Shown here piece by piece: positions 1-12,401 of a stretch of DNA of 60,291 nucleotides (its first letter is position 1; the number at the start of each line of letters is the position of its first letter). Below the pieces are notes generated by a model that made no database searches, was not told the DNA's origin, and worked only from the letters and a program-made list of their open reading frames with translations. The position numbers and the translations under genes are program-made. This stretch comes from Girardia tigrina (lineage: Eukaryota), in assembly GCA_001938485.1 (NCBI GenBank), contig MQRK01248386.1, positions 63,151-123,441 of the forward strand, in the 5' to 3' direction.

Positions 1-558
1 ACCGTTACAAAATTTTATGCGGTAGCATACGGTTCAATTTCGCATTTAAACCCGCATATATCGCATGCTCATTAAAATTTTTTTTGACCGTTACAAGTAA
101 CTTCGAGAAAATTAAATTAAGTTAACTTGAATTTTTTTAATGTAAAATTGTACCTTAAGACCTAACAAATCATTCAGTGAAAATTTGAAGTTTCTATGTG
201 GTCTAAATGCTGAGATATAGGCAAAAGTAATGGCCCATTCTTGACAAGATGAAATACAGTGAAGGTATATGAAAAGTGCTTAAAAAAATACATGAAAGTA
301 AAAAATTGGAAATTGTAGAAATTTTAAATTGAGAAAATCTTTGTATTTGTTTGAACAATCATTTTAATAATGATTGTTATAACTTCTGCGCAAAAATAAA
401 TTGATCGATTTCGTATTGACTGATTTTCAGCTGTTTTTGATTAAAATAAAATAATGGCAACAATTTGAAAACTATTAGTGAATTAACGATATTATCAAAG
501 ACGAAATTTTCCGATTTATCCAAATTATGTGAAAACAAACAAGACTTGGTGAAAAGGG

Positions 559-606
559 CTTATATGAAAATTACCTAATTAAAGAATTAGGTAATTTTCA
601 TATAAG
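559..606. repeat. Perfect 22-bp inverted repeat with 4-nt loop
   Basis: cttatatgaaaattacctaatt-aaag-aattaggtaattttcatataag. Confidence 0.9.
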
Positions 607-867
607 TCCCTGTTAACGAATTTCTTTTATATTTTATATAAATAACCAATTTAAAATGAAATTCAAGCATGAAATTTTTTTATTAGTTTTGTTCCTTGAG
701 ACCAAGATTATTAATCCTACTTTTGAAACATTCATATTATTCAGTAGAATAATAAAATTTGATTTCCTTTAAAAAAACTTCAATATAATTTGACTATCAA
801 AAGTTAAAAATCATTTATATTTCATTAAAAAGTCAAGATAAAAAAATTAAAATGTTTTAAAATTATT

Positions 868-1247
868 TTATAAATTGTCAAAATCATCTGATAAATTGTC
901 AAAACCATATCAAAAATTGTCAAAACTGAATGAAAAACCCTGTATATAGTACGTTTAGTATTAAAAATATTTTTTAGAGAAATCATAATGTTAGTGTGAA
1001 TTTTATTTGTCTTTTTAATTTCGATCATTTGTGAATATGTTTAAAGTATTAAACTCTTGAATTTTGATTCCTCAAGACACATGTTTCATTTTCTGTATTC
1101 ATGATTAATTTAGAGAAAAAAATTTTATAAACTGTATTACATATTTTTACTTACTAAAAAATTTGACTTATATCATAAAATTATATAAATCAAAAAAATC
1201 GATTTTAGTGATTTTTTTTAGAAAAATCATGACTTTTAACAACCCTG
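868..1247. mobile_element. hAT-like element end(s) with 21-bp subterminal tandem repeats
   Basis: Three copies of ataaattgtcaaaa-like 21-mers, followed by ...aaaccctg (940) and ...caaccctg (1247), which resemble CAGGG hAT TIRs. Confidence 0.3.
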
Positions 1248-2672
1248 CCTTAAATGCTTCAAAACTTTCAAAATATGGTGTTTTATTATTTGTTTATGCT
1301 TTTCAATTTTTTCTTCATTTAGTTTTTTCATAAACCATGTTTGTGTACATAATTTGTCCAATGAAATCTTAATGGTTAAATCTATCTGTACATGTTATTC
1401 ATCAAGCGTCCTTTAAGAATATTTATATCATAGTCTGCCATTTTAAAATTGGAAGAAAAATTCCAAACTCTGTGAACTGGTCTCTATATCCTACCATCTC
1501 TATATTGTGTCAGTATTGTTACAGTTTTTAACAGTCATGTATTAAAAAAGCAGCCGCAAAACGTCTTTTAATCGTTGCGCAATTGTAATGTGGTCATTTG
1601 ATTGTGTTGGTTTATAATGTTTTTAAAGACTCAGAGGACCGGAAAAATTCTCTTTCATACTTCTTACTTCCGCCGTTTGTCTTTGCAATTATTTAGGACA
1701 CATTAGTAGTTTTATGCCAGAGTATTTCGTCATATTTTTATGTGCTAAATTTGATTGTCTTGTGCACTTATTGAAGAAAAATTGATGTTTCTTTGTTTCA
1801 CTGTTCTACATTTTGCTTACGAAGAGATTCCTAAAGCTCTTCACTGAGAGAATAGGTGTTTGTTAAGATCACCTCTAGAAGAAAATTTATTGTTATTTCT
1901 ACAGTCAGAAACGTAGATTTGAATCTACGGATAGCCGCCAGAGCTATCTGAAATGGTTTCAGCGGGGAAAGGTTTTTCTTCATGATTTTAACATTTTTAT
2001 CAGTCAGACAGAGGCTTGAATTCCCACCTATAACCGTTTTCTTAACTTCTGATTTCACAATGAGAAGTCTTTCGAACATGTTCACTAAATTATTTCAGTC
2101 TGTTCTGCAGTCCTACATACAGATGGTGATATAATTCTCCTGTCACATTCTTTTTTTACAAAAAAACATAAAATAAGGAAAAATTACATTCCAATTTATT
2201 AAGATAACAATACATAACCCTTTTATTTTATAAAGAAATGGTTGGTTCAAAATGTTTTCTTATGTTGGTTTAAATTTATTGATTCCATTGTAATAGTGCA
2301 CCTTCATGAATTTACTAAACTGAAGTAGTTAATATGTTGTGGCTTGCAACAGATGAAGTTAATGGTATGTCTGATTGCTGCAATTTTTATGTTATATTTC
2401 TACAGGGTATTTGTTGCTATAAATGTGCGATACAAGAAATTGTTATTGTTGGATTTTGTGATGGTTTAGAAAAAGATGAACTATTGTCTTAGAAAACATA
2501 GAGCTTACGTATTTGCAAATACGTATGACAATAATAAAACGAATGATAATGATGAAGTCATACATAAAACATACACCACATATGTTCATGCATATAATAA
2601 TATATATAATATCTATTTATGGATACACTCCATTATTACAAGTACATATCACAATATTTTAAACATATTAGG

Positions 2673-3179
2673 TGTGAGAATATTTTAAATTGTCTGAATA
2701 TGTAAATGTATTGATGTTTTATGTTGATTTGAGTATGCTGAAATTAGAATGGTGATTCTCCCACCCAGATGGAAATTAGTATTTTTAAAATTTAAAGTGA
2801 TTGACAATTCGAACATAATTAAAATAATAATTTGATGAGATCATATTTTTTAAATTAACAATTAAAATTAAGTTTAATATTTTTCATAAAATTTAAATTA
2901 AATTCAGTTTCGAAAAATTGATAACATTTTTTATTATTTTGGATTTTATTTAGAAATGATTTAAATTATTATTCTTAATTAATATTTTTAAAAATTAAAA
3001 TTTTAAAAATATTTAAGAAAAATTGTTCGAATAATAATGATTGAAAATAGAAATAATAAAACCAATTAGTAAGATGTCAAACGGTGAAAGATCTTCTTGG
3101 AGTTGTAATGACTCTAAATGTGATTGTAATAAAAATTCAAATGCGCACTACTGCTCTATCCGGATCGATATGCTCAATA
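2673..3179 (+). mobile_element. Solo LTR (Ty3/Gypsy family A)
   Basis: Starts tgtgagaat. Shares ttctcccacccagat and ttgttcgaataat motifs with the 4895 and 14332 copies. Internal ORF MSNGERSSWSCNDSKCDC..IDMLN. Confidence 0.7.
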
Positions 3180-3858
3180 GGAATTAAACCCTTTTGAATC
3201 TAAACCCTTTTTGAATCCCTAGGTTTTTTTAATATAAGTAATACTTCCGTTTTCTAATTCAAAAATCCTTTAAGGTAATATTATTAATTAAATAATAATT
3301 ATGTTAATCTTGTTGTATAGGAAACTAGCTTACCATCCTCTTTGCACCTGAATCTCTTACTTGCAGACGAAAACAATCAAAATTTAAAAATCAAGGTCTT
3401 AATAACAAACTTTAGGAATTAATAACGAATATTATTGACGTAAAGAATTAATTTTAATTTTATTTTAATTAGTGTTTATGCCAATTTCCTCTGACATTTA
3501 TCGAATTGAGTACTGATGGCTTTTTCCTTTCAATTTCTTGCATTACTTTTTTTTGAGAAAATATAATTAAAATTTCTTCGGTAATTTCCGATTTTCTTTT
3601 TATATCAATTTAAATGGAAAATTTCTCTTTCACTTATTAAATTGAATTAATTTTGCCAAAATAATAGAAATAATAATATTAATATTTACAATAATAATGG
3701 AGATAATTTGATTCAAAAGTGATAATAAATAAAGAATTATTTTTTTATAATGGCAATTTTGAAATTGAATGTGCTGAACTAATTATGTTCTCATGATCGG
3801 ATCACGTTGGATAGCAAATCATAATAAAATTTGTAAATAAAGGTTGTCGCACAATATA

Positions 3859-4161
3859 CCGGATATTTCCGTAAATAATCCCTGGGACATCTTTCGGAAA
3901 ATCGTATTTTTTTCGAGAAAATGGGCAATTAAAATAAGCTTAAGATTCTTAATTTAACATTACCAACGTCTAATATATTTAAACAAATTTTAATAATATC
4001 TTTTTTGTAATTTAAGTTGAATCCTCATTGTACAAAGTAAAAATGAATATACTTCATTTTATAAAATCTATTATAAAATGAAAAATAGTAATTTCGAGAA
4101 ATTTTCCGAAAATAATCCCAGCTAAAAATACGCTCATGGGCTTATTTTCGGAGGAATGCGG
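3859..4161. mobile_element. Tc1/pogo-like MITE
   Basis: Imperfect TIRs (ta)ccggatatttccgtaaataatccc / gggcttattttcggaggaatgcgg(ta), flanked by TA. Confidence 0.6.
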
Positions 4162-4894
4162 TACTTATTATATATCTTAAAATTTATATATTTATGTATT
4201 TATTATAGTGTCTCTAGTACTCATATCTGTAGTTTTCATTGCCGTAATCTTTCGGTGAACATACCACCCATCAAAGTATTATAAGAAGGATAAAATTCAA
4301 AGGGAATTCATTAAATGAATTATACTTGATGTGTAATGATTAGAAAGGTTTTCCAATTTGATAAGAAAACTGAACCCAATTTAAGGGACAATAGAGGAAA
4401 ACAAAGAGAAACTCGTCAGCGGTGATAAAAGAGAGACTCCGACTAATGAGGATACAAATGGGAGTGAAACGCAGTGCATTGAAGAACTTGTCCAAGGAAA
4501 CAATTTTATAATATTTCAATATTTCTCAAAGTAACCCTGATTAGGTGGGATCTAAAATAATAAAAAAATAAGTCAAAAAATTTCAAATTAACAAAAAAAT
4601 TAAAAGAATTTTTATAAACATAAAGAAAAGAAAAAGAATTGAAAAAAAGGAATTATATTAAAAAATATTTTAAACATTATATATATAGAAAATTATATTA
4701 TTGATCGGTTGATCTTAGCGATCAACGTCGATAATATAAATAGAAAATTAAAAAGAAATATATTACTAATGCGATAATCAATCGCCAAGCTTCAACAATC
4801 AGATTTAATTTAAATCTATTCAACAAAAAAGGTCCTCATTTCTACCAAAAAGAAAAACTCTAGTTATTACATACCAATTAAATCCAATTCTCAT

Positions 4895-7460
4895 TGTGAG
4901 GAATAATTTAAATTTGGTATGTTGAGTTTAGTATTTGGAAATGTGTTTCTCCCACCCAGATTGAGAATTGATATTTTGGATGTTCACGATAAATAATTAT
5001 TCGAGTATAATTTACATTTTAAAGTACAGCATAAGATATTTAAAAAACTTTAAAAATATCAAATCGTTTCAAATTTTAATATTAAAAATTTAAATAAAGT
5101 AAATAACTTTTAACTAAGTTTTAAATTAAATAAATGTTCTTTCTTTAAACAAAATCATTTTTTAAATAAAATTAATATGTAGATAAAATTATTACCAAAA
5201 TTACAAAATTTGAACTTTAAAAATAAAATTAGAAAATAATGAACAATTTGTTCGAATAATTGTTTATTAAAAAACATTAACTAAAATTTATCAATTTAAA
5301 ACGATGTCGAATTACGAAAGCTTTGCTGAGAGTTGTCCAAAAGACATTTCTAATTGTATTGAAAATAAAAGTTCGAAAACCCATTATTAATAACATCAAT
5401 ATGAGTTTTAAAACATTTATTAATATCACAAGCGCATTCACTATTTGACATATTTCTTGATCAATATATTTCTGAATTCATACTAATTATTTTCAATAAA
5501 TGAAAATCTGTTAATAAAAATTATTAATTATAAAGAATCTAATTGGTTAAAATTAAACCTAAATATTTTTTTAAAAAGAACATATTAAATTGATATATTA
5601 AAATTTTAAATTACATTAAAAAATAAATAATACATTCAAAAATTATTTTAATTAATTACTTCAAAATTAAACTAAATTATTTTTAATTAGTAAAAATCAA
5701 AGAAAATACCAATCATCCATCTGTGCAGGAGAGGCACAATCCGAATTAACATACAACATGCACAATATCAACACACAATTCAAAGCATTCCTTACACCCA
5801 TGTTAGTGTTCTTAATATGGCGACACACGACTACGTGATTCCGAACATTAGAGGTCCGGATATTTTTGATGGATCAGAGGCAAAAGTTGAGGCATTCATA
5901 ACGAACTTTAACAGGTATGCGAAGATAAGGGGATTTTCAGAGAAGAGGAAAATCTTATTAGCAACACCATATATGACTCCGGATGTTATAATAAAATATG
6001 AAGCAGCGGCAGGTTAAACATGTGAAGAGAAACTAAGATCCGCGTTTTCAAAGGAAAAATCTATATAAATAAAACTGAAACTGCAAAATTACTCGAATCA
6101 ACGGTATTGAGAACGGCCAACATACACAAATAGGAAATACCCAGTAGCAGAAGTGGATAAACTAGATGGCGAATTGTACATAAGAGAAGACTATAGAAAA
6201 GAGGACTTTTCTGAAGGAACGTATAGAAGAGAAGATGGCAAAAGACTGGAATAACCCGTAGGTAATAGAAAATTCAGGAATGATCAGGAAAATGAGGACG
6301 CACGATCACCGGGAGAAGTGATCAGTGTGCTACAATAGGAACTCAATGTAGGTGTATGATTGATTGTATGTATGAATGAGAATTGGATCCAGTGATCCAA
6401 CAGTAACATTTAGAAAGGTTAATGAAATCATTGAAAAGTTAATTGAGAAAAAGTTAGGTAAAAAATAACTATCAAATTTGGTCTACGCTAATCTGATAGA
6501 TGATTAGAACGTACAGAAAGAAATAGCTGTCAAGAAATCTGAAGAGATTGAAGACATTCAAACGAGAATGTTCGAATATGATAAAAATAAAAGAAACTTT
6601 CCTGTAGAAGCATGTAACACAAAAAGAGAAAATGAATGGAGAACAGTGCAAAATAAAAAAGAACACCAAGATCACAGAATGAGAAATTCATAGAACAAGA
6701 AACAAGAAGAAATTTTAAAGTTCGAAAAATTACCTGCTGGGCATGCCACTATGAAAGGCATGTTAGAAGAGGGTGCCCAAACGTGAAGTGTAGTCATTGT
6801 AATAGAAAGGGCATTTAAGAGCACAATGTTATGAAAACCCTAATAGGTTTATGGAGCGTGATCAATGGAAAAAAGATAATTGAAATAATCGATGGAACAA
6901 CATGCAAAATTACTCGAATCAGCGGTATTGAGAACGGCCAACATACACAAATAGGAAATACCCAGTAGCAGAAGTGGATGAACTAGATGGCGAATTGTAC
7001 ATAAGAGAAGACTATAGAAAAGAGGACTTTTCTGAAGGAACGTATAGAAGAGAAGATGGCAAAAGACTGGAATATCCCGTAGGTAATAGAAAATTCAGGA
7101 ATGATCAGGAAAATGAGGACGCACGATCACCGGGAGAAGTGATCAGTGTGCTACAATAGGAACTCAATGTAGGTGTATGATTGATTGTATGTATGAATGC
7201 GTTTGTGATTGTATGTTTGATGATGTGTTTGAAAATATTCCTCTGGAGATGTGTAGATTAGATAATTAACCTGAAGAAGACGATGAAATATGTGCTAGTA
7301 TGGATATAGAAAATGAAAAAAAATAAAAAAAATGTTGAAGATGTATTGATATTACCGAAGTTTAACATAAATTATAAAGAATTGTACACCAAGTATAGAG
7401 TTCCGAATAAAGAATAAAAATGTCAAATGCATGTTAGATACAGGAGCTCGAGTCAAAACC
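4895..7460 (+). mobile_element. Degenerate Ty3/Gypsy element: 5' LTR (4895-5817), PBS, gag with two CCHC knuckles, start of protease
   Basis: The LTR ends cttaata, immediately followed by tggcgac (PBS). Gag reads MATHDYVIPNIRGPDIFDGS. Two frameshifted CX2CX4HX4C motifs at about 6733-6830. Protease MLDTGA at about 7431-7448. Internal direct duplication of about 295 bp (6082-6378 vs 6903-7199). Confidence 0.8.
5385..5796 (-). mobile_element. Solo LTR inserted in inverted orientation inside the 4895 LTR
   Basis: Minus strand reads TGTAAGG...TTAATA. Perfect 5-bp TSD CCCAT at 5380-5384 and 5797-5801. Confidence 0.85.
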
Positions 7461-8600
7461 ACGAACCTAATAAATATTTTATCAGTTTATTGCGTCATTT
7501 AATTATTAGGTTGTGATGAAAGTTTTTACAAATTAACATATAATTAAAATCAAAATTTTTACAATAACAAGTGTTTGTTTTCATTAATTTAATAGCCGTT
7601 ACTTTCAATTATTTTTCTCCAAGGAGGCTGCAACAAGGAAATTCTGCGGTGGTAAAATCCGGCGTTTTCAGGTCGAAAACTTTGAAGAACGCGTTTCATG
7701 TGTTTTTCTTCAATCAAGCGGCATCCGCGAAGGAAATTTTCTAGTAACCAGAAAAGATGATAATGGACTGGGACAACTTCTGGGCTATATGGTGGTTACT
7801 TAAGAATATCACAACCTAATTCTTCAGGATTTTGGCGTGATCGTCGTGAAACATGAGGTCTGACGTTGTCTTCTTGAATACCACGAACATGCAAAGCGGT
7901 CTGGAAACGGTCTGATTGATGCAGTAAAATTCAGCGAAGAACGCATCGTAAAGGCAAAATACACTCCGGAGTTTATAATAAACTCCAAGTTTATGTTAAA
8001 CTTCGGTAATATCAATACATCTTCAGCATTTTTTTTTATTTTTTTCCATTTTCTATATCCATACTAGCACATATTTCATCGTCTTCTTCAGGTTCATTAT
8101 CTAATCTACACATCTCCGGAGGAATATTTTCAAACACATCATCAAACATACAATCACAAACGGTAAATTCTTTGCTTTGGATCCGCTTCAATGGAATGGC
8201 GAAGAGCCCGTTCGTCATTGTTTTTTTGGCATCCGGAGTGTATTTTGCTTTTACGATGCGTATTACCAGAGTGAAATCTAGCATATAATCGGAAAGAAGT
8301 TCTTTCAATCTTGGAACTTCGGCGGTTGCTAGCGCAAATATTTTAAGACGCTTCCGCTGCTGTACTACCAAGTTTGAATTCGTGGAAAATCAAGTTGCAG
8401 ATTTCTTCAAGCTTTTTTGACATTTTAACTTGTCCTAAAATCAATTTATTTTAGAGAAGACTATACAATGTGAATGAAAAGGCTGCTATAAATATAATAC
8501 TTATAATAGTTATAATATATAAGACAAAATTAAATTAAAAAATTTATTTACAGTTTTTAAATAACTGAAAAAAATTTCGTTCCAACCTTATTATTATTAT

Positions 8601-8990
8601 TGTTAGAATCTGTGGGATCACCACTCGGAGAAGAACAAATATCCATCACTAAATTATATTTATTAATCACACTTAATTATTGGATATTGAAAAATATTTG
8701 GAATAATTGATTGATTGCGTTGATATTCTAATAATTCCAATTTCCACTCTGATTTTCAATTCCCGGAAAAATTCTGCCAATTATTAAAACAAATTTGTTT
8801 CTTATTTAATTTACATTCAACGTATATTCTATTTATTTAATTATTTCTTTAAAAAAATGAGGAACTAAATTTCTAAAGCTTTGTTTTTTTTGTTAAACCG
8901 GTATTTTATAAAATTATATTTAATTAACTAATTTAACTTAATTTCGCTTGCCTGTTTCAAAAATTTTCCGTTTACTATTAATTCCTAACA
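8601..8990 (-). mobile_element. Solo LTR (family B)
   Basis: Perfect TGTTAG...CTAACA termini and TSD attat (8596-8600 / 8991-8995). Similar start to the LTR after the PPT at 49983. Confidence 0.75.
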
Positions 8991-10234
8991 ATTATTATTA
9001 TTATTAAAGAAGAGGATCACGCCTCTAAAATACATTTTATTCGATAATTACACTAATCATATTCTTTTGAAAATAAATTTGGAAAATTAAACTTTTCTGT
9101 TACGATTTTCAATTAAAAAGAAATGAAACATATTTTAATTGTGTCGTGTTTTATAGAAAAAAATTATTTTATTATTATTGTAATTGTTCAAAAAAGCTAT
9201 TTTAGGTTTTTTATGAGATTTCGAAAAGCATCACTCTAGTTAAATGTATTTGTAATTCAATGGATCTCTTAAATTATTTTCCTAAAGTATTGAAGTTGAC
9301 GCCCTAATTTGATGAGCTCGCGTCCTGGAAAATATTTCAATGACACCTGCTCAATCCCGTTAGGCCGCATCACTTGCTGAACGAAATTTGTTTGCAACAC
9401 TGCTAAATTACATTTGCTCACTAAGGACAAAAATGTGAAGAGAATTCATTCAAATAAATTATTGCGATAAGTATCCTAAAGATGTAGGACTTTAATAAAT
9501 AAATAATGATAAAATAAATAAATACTTAAATATGTACATAGCGTTTATGAAGTCTATTTTTTCCGCACTAATTCTCATTTATATGTTTCAAAGCAAAAAA
9601 GTTTTATATAAATGATATATTTAAATTGGATATAAATAGCACTTTTAACTTTTTTAATGTCATTTTTTACAAAGTAAATGTGTTTAGTGTTTATTGGTAT
9701 TTATTGCAACCTTCCATTCCCTGAGGGCATTCACAAATCCTTCCTTGATTCTTCAAAGGTAAGCAAATGAAACGACAATTTCCGTATTGGTTTTGGTTTG
9801 AGCAGGAATTGGTAACTAAAATATTCATTAATAATAATAGTGATGATAATAATAAAATAAAAATAAAATAATAATAATATTAATTGTTTGATCATATCTT
9901 AAAGGGGGGTGAAGTGTTCGATCCTGTCAGGGAGAGCGATGGGAGCGGACCATACTTTGTTTATCAATAGTAAAAAAAAGAGAGAAAAATGATTTGTATT
10001 TTTTTCGATTTATTTGTTAAGAAGCATTGTTATTTCGTGTGTTTAGATATTCCTTGTTTGAAAATGGAAAGAAAAAGGTTGTTTGTTTGAATTAATCAAA
10101 AAAGTGGAATGTATGGAAACTGGCGAAAATTTATGAATAATAATAATAAGATATTATAAAAATAAAAAATGCATCGAAGTGGAAATTGATTTGTTTATTT
10201 TAATCTGGGATTTCGTAGAATTTTAATTGCAACA

Positions 10235-10924
10235 ATGTCACGCGTTGAAACGTTGAAATTCTTCTCATGTTTGGACAGATACAACACAGTTTCATCTGAA
10301 ACTATGAAAATAACACTAAAATTTCCTTTCATTGTTACAAGAAATACAATCCTGGAGTACGTTTATAGCGATTATTTCCACTTTGATACAAAGCTCGAAT
10401 CGATTTCAAAAACTTTAAAATTACATCTGTCATCAGAAAACGTTATCGAATCTTATCTCGAGGAATACTACCACAAAATCAAAACCATCTGGAATCATTT
10501 GACTCTCCAGTCTCATTGGAGTCTCAGACAAATCGAATCGTATCTCAAAGCTGTATATAATTTTGAAAGAGTATTGAATGAATGTTTGACGCTGATCGAA
10601 TGGTGTAAATCGGGAGATCAAAACTACAACGAAATAACCGAAGAAAATCTCGCGAGTGTCAAAACCGTCCAACCGGTCGCTCCAAGTGATGTCGGCAAAA
10701 CCGACGAGAAAGGATTCTTAATCAATCTAATCGATTCCCCGGATCGCGTAAAATTCAGTGGCTTAGTAACAGCAGCGTTAAAAGTGACCGACGGGGTGCT
10801 GGTTCTTCTCGATTGTGTGTTGGACGTGTGCGTCTCTCTCACTCGTCCCAGTGTCTCCATATTCTCAATACCGGAGCCCCGCAGCTGCGCCGTATTCACC
10901 CTCTTGCCATCAACATTAATATAA
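10235..10924 (+). CDS. Intronless 229-aa chimeric ORF containing an eEF2 G-domain fragment (possible captured or processed gene chimera)
   Basis: About 10625-10833 encodes [59 protein letters not shown], versus eEF2 [41 protein letters not shown]. The N-terminal part is unrelated and looks helical or spectrin-like. Confidence 0.55.
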   Translation: [229 protein letters not shown]

Positions 10925-11175
10925 TTGTAGAATATTAAAAAAGGTAATAAAAATAAATAGCTTAAATTATTTTAAGAGCCTCTTTATATGATAACCTTTA
11001 GTAAATAAATATAAAATTTCTTTTGTTGAAGAAAAATATAAATAAATAGCAACATGAAGTATATAACTTATCAGACGGGACTGACAGAAATAAATATAAA
11101 TGGATTTATAGTAAATATACGAAATATAATAAAAAAGATGTAAATGTTGGAGGAATAAAACATTAAAATAATAAT

Positions 11176-11577
11176 TGTAAGGATTATTTTCGAATATTGT
11201 GTGTCGAGGGGTTTTGTATGTTGTTTTAATGATTGTAATGATTCATTGATATTATTATTATTATTATGTGAAAGTAATTTAATTAAAAAATCGATTTTAG
11301 ATATTTAATAATTGCTATTTTAAGTAATTAAACTTAGTTAATTAAAAAAGATAATATTTTCGAAAGGTATTATTAGTCTTACCAAGTTTGATTTTAACTC
11401 ATCAATTATTATTAATCAAATTATATTTATCGATTTTACATTTCTCAAATATTAAATAATAATTATTTACAAAATTTATAAATAAAGAATTATAATGAAT
11501 TCTGTAAGCACTACTGATAATTGTTGTAATGACAATTCTGTTTGGGTTATAAATAAATGTTTAAATTGTTATTAATC
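11176..11577 (+). mobile_element. Degenerate solo LTR
   Basis: Starts tgtaaggat, ends gttattaatc, TSD ataat. Carries a frameshifted Cys-rich MNSVSTTDNCCND ORF. Confidence 0.55.
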
Positions 11578-12401
11578 ATAATAAAATAAAATTTAAATTT
11601 TAATAAAAAATTTCTTTTTTTATTTCGAATTTTAAAGTTATTATTACTTGTCTTGTCTTAATATTTTGGCAAATATGAGAGTTATTGTTTTCATTCAATC
11701 GGAATTTAAATTAAAAAAACTTTATTTACTTATAATAATTAATTATTGATTAACAAATAAAATACTTTTTGTACGTTTTCTTTATTAAATATTTCTTGAA
11801 ATCAACTCTAAAATATTTCAATCTAATTTATTTTATTTTCCAAGGAAATTATACTTAGAATAATGGATTTTCTTCGATGTAACAATAGAAGGATTATTTG
11901 ATGTGAGAAAGGTTCATTTACATTTGAAGTAGTCGTTGTAAGAGGCGAGAGTTTTCCTTAGATTTATTATTTCAAAAAATATAATTATATAATTCATAAC
12001 CTTTAATGCTACAAATAGTTTTTTTAACACTTCGTTCTTCATTACACTTACTTTTTGTTATGTTATATTACTCTAAATGTGTGTTGCAAGAAATTGTCAT
12101 TTGACTAAAACTAAATTTATCCTTGCAACAAATATTGAAGAAAGAGTTCATTAAAAAGGCATTATTAGTTTTGTACTTTTTAATATTTATTTTATTATTT
12201 TGTATGAGAAACAATCTCAGTTTTCTGTAAACTTTTTACTTCTTTGAAATACTTTTTTTAAGATGAATAAAACAATTATTGGGTTTATAAAATATAATTT
12301 TTAAATCTATTTCATAATCTTTGTAATCAATTTGATTTCATAGATTATTGTAATGATTATTTACTAACTAAACAAATTAGTAAGGAAGCTTACGAATTGT
12401 A

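Noticed and set aside
9315-9340. ttgatgag...gaaa as a hammerhead core
   Set aside because: It lacks C3 and a convincing stem II or stem III.
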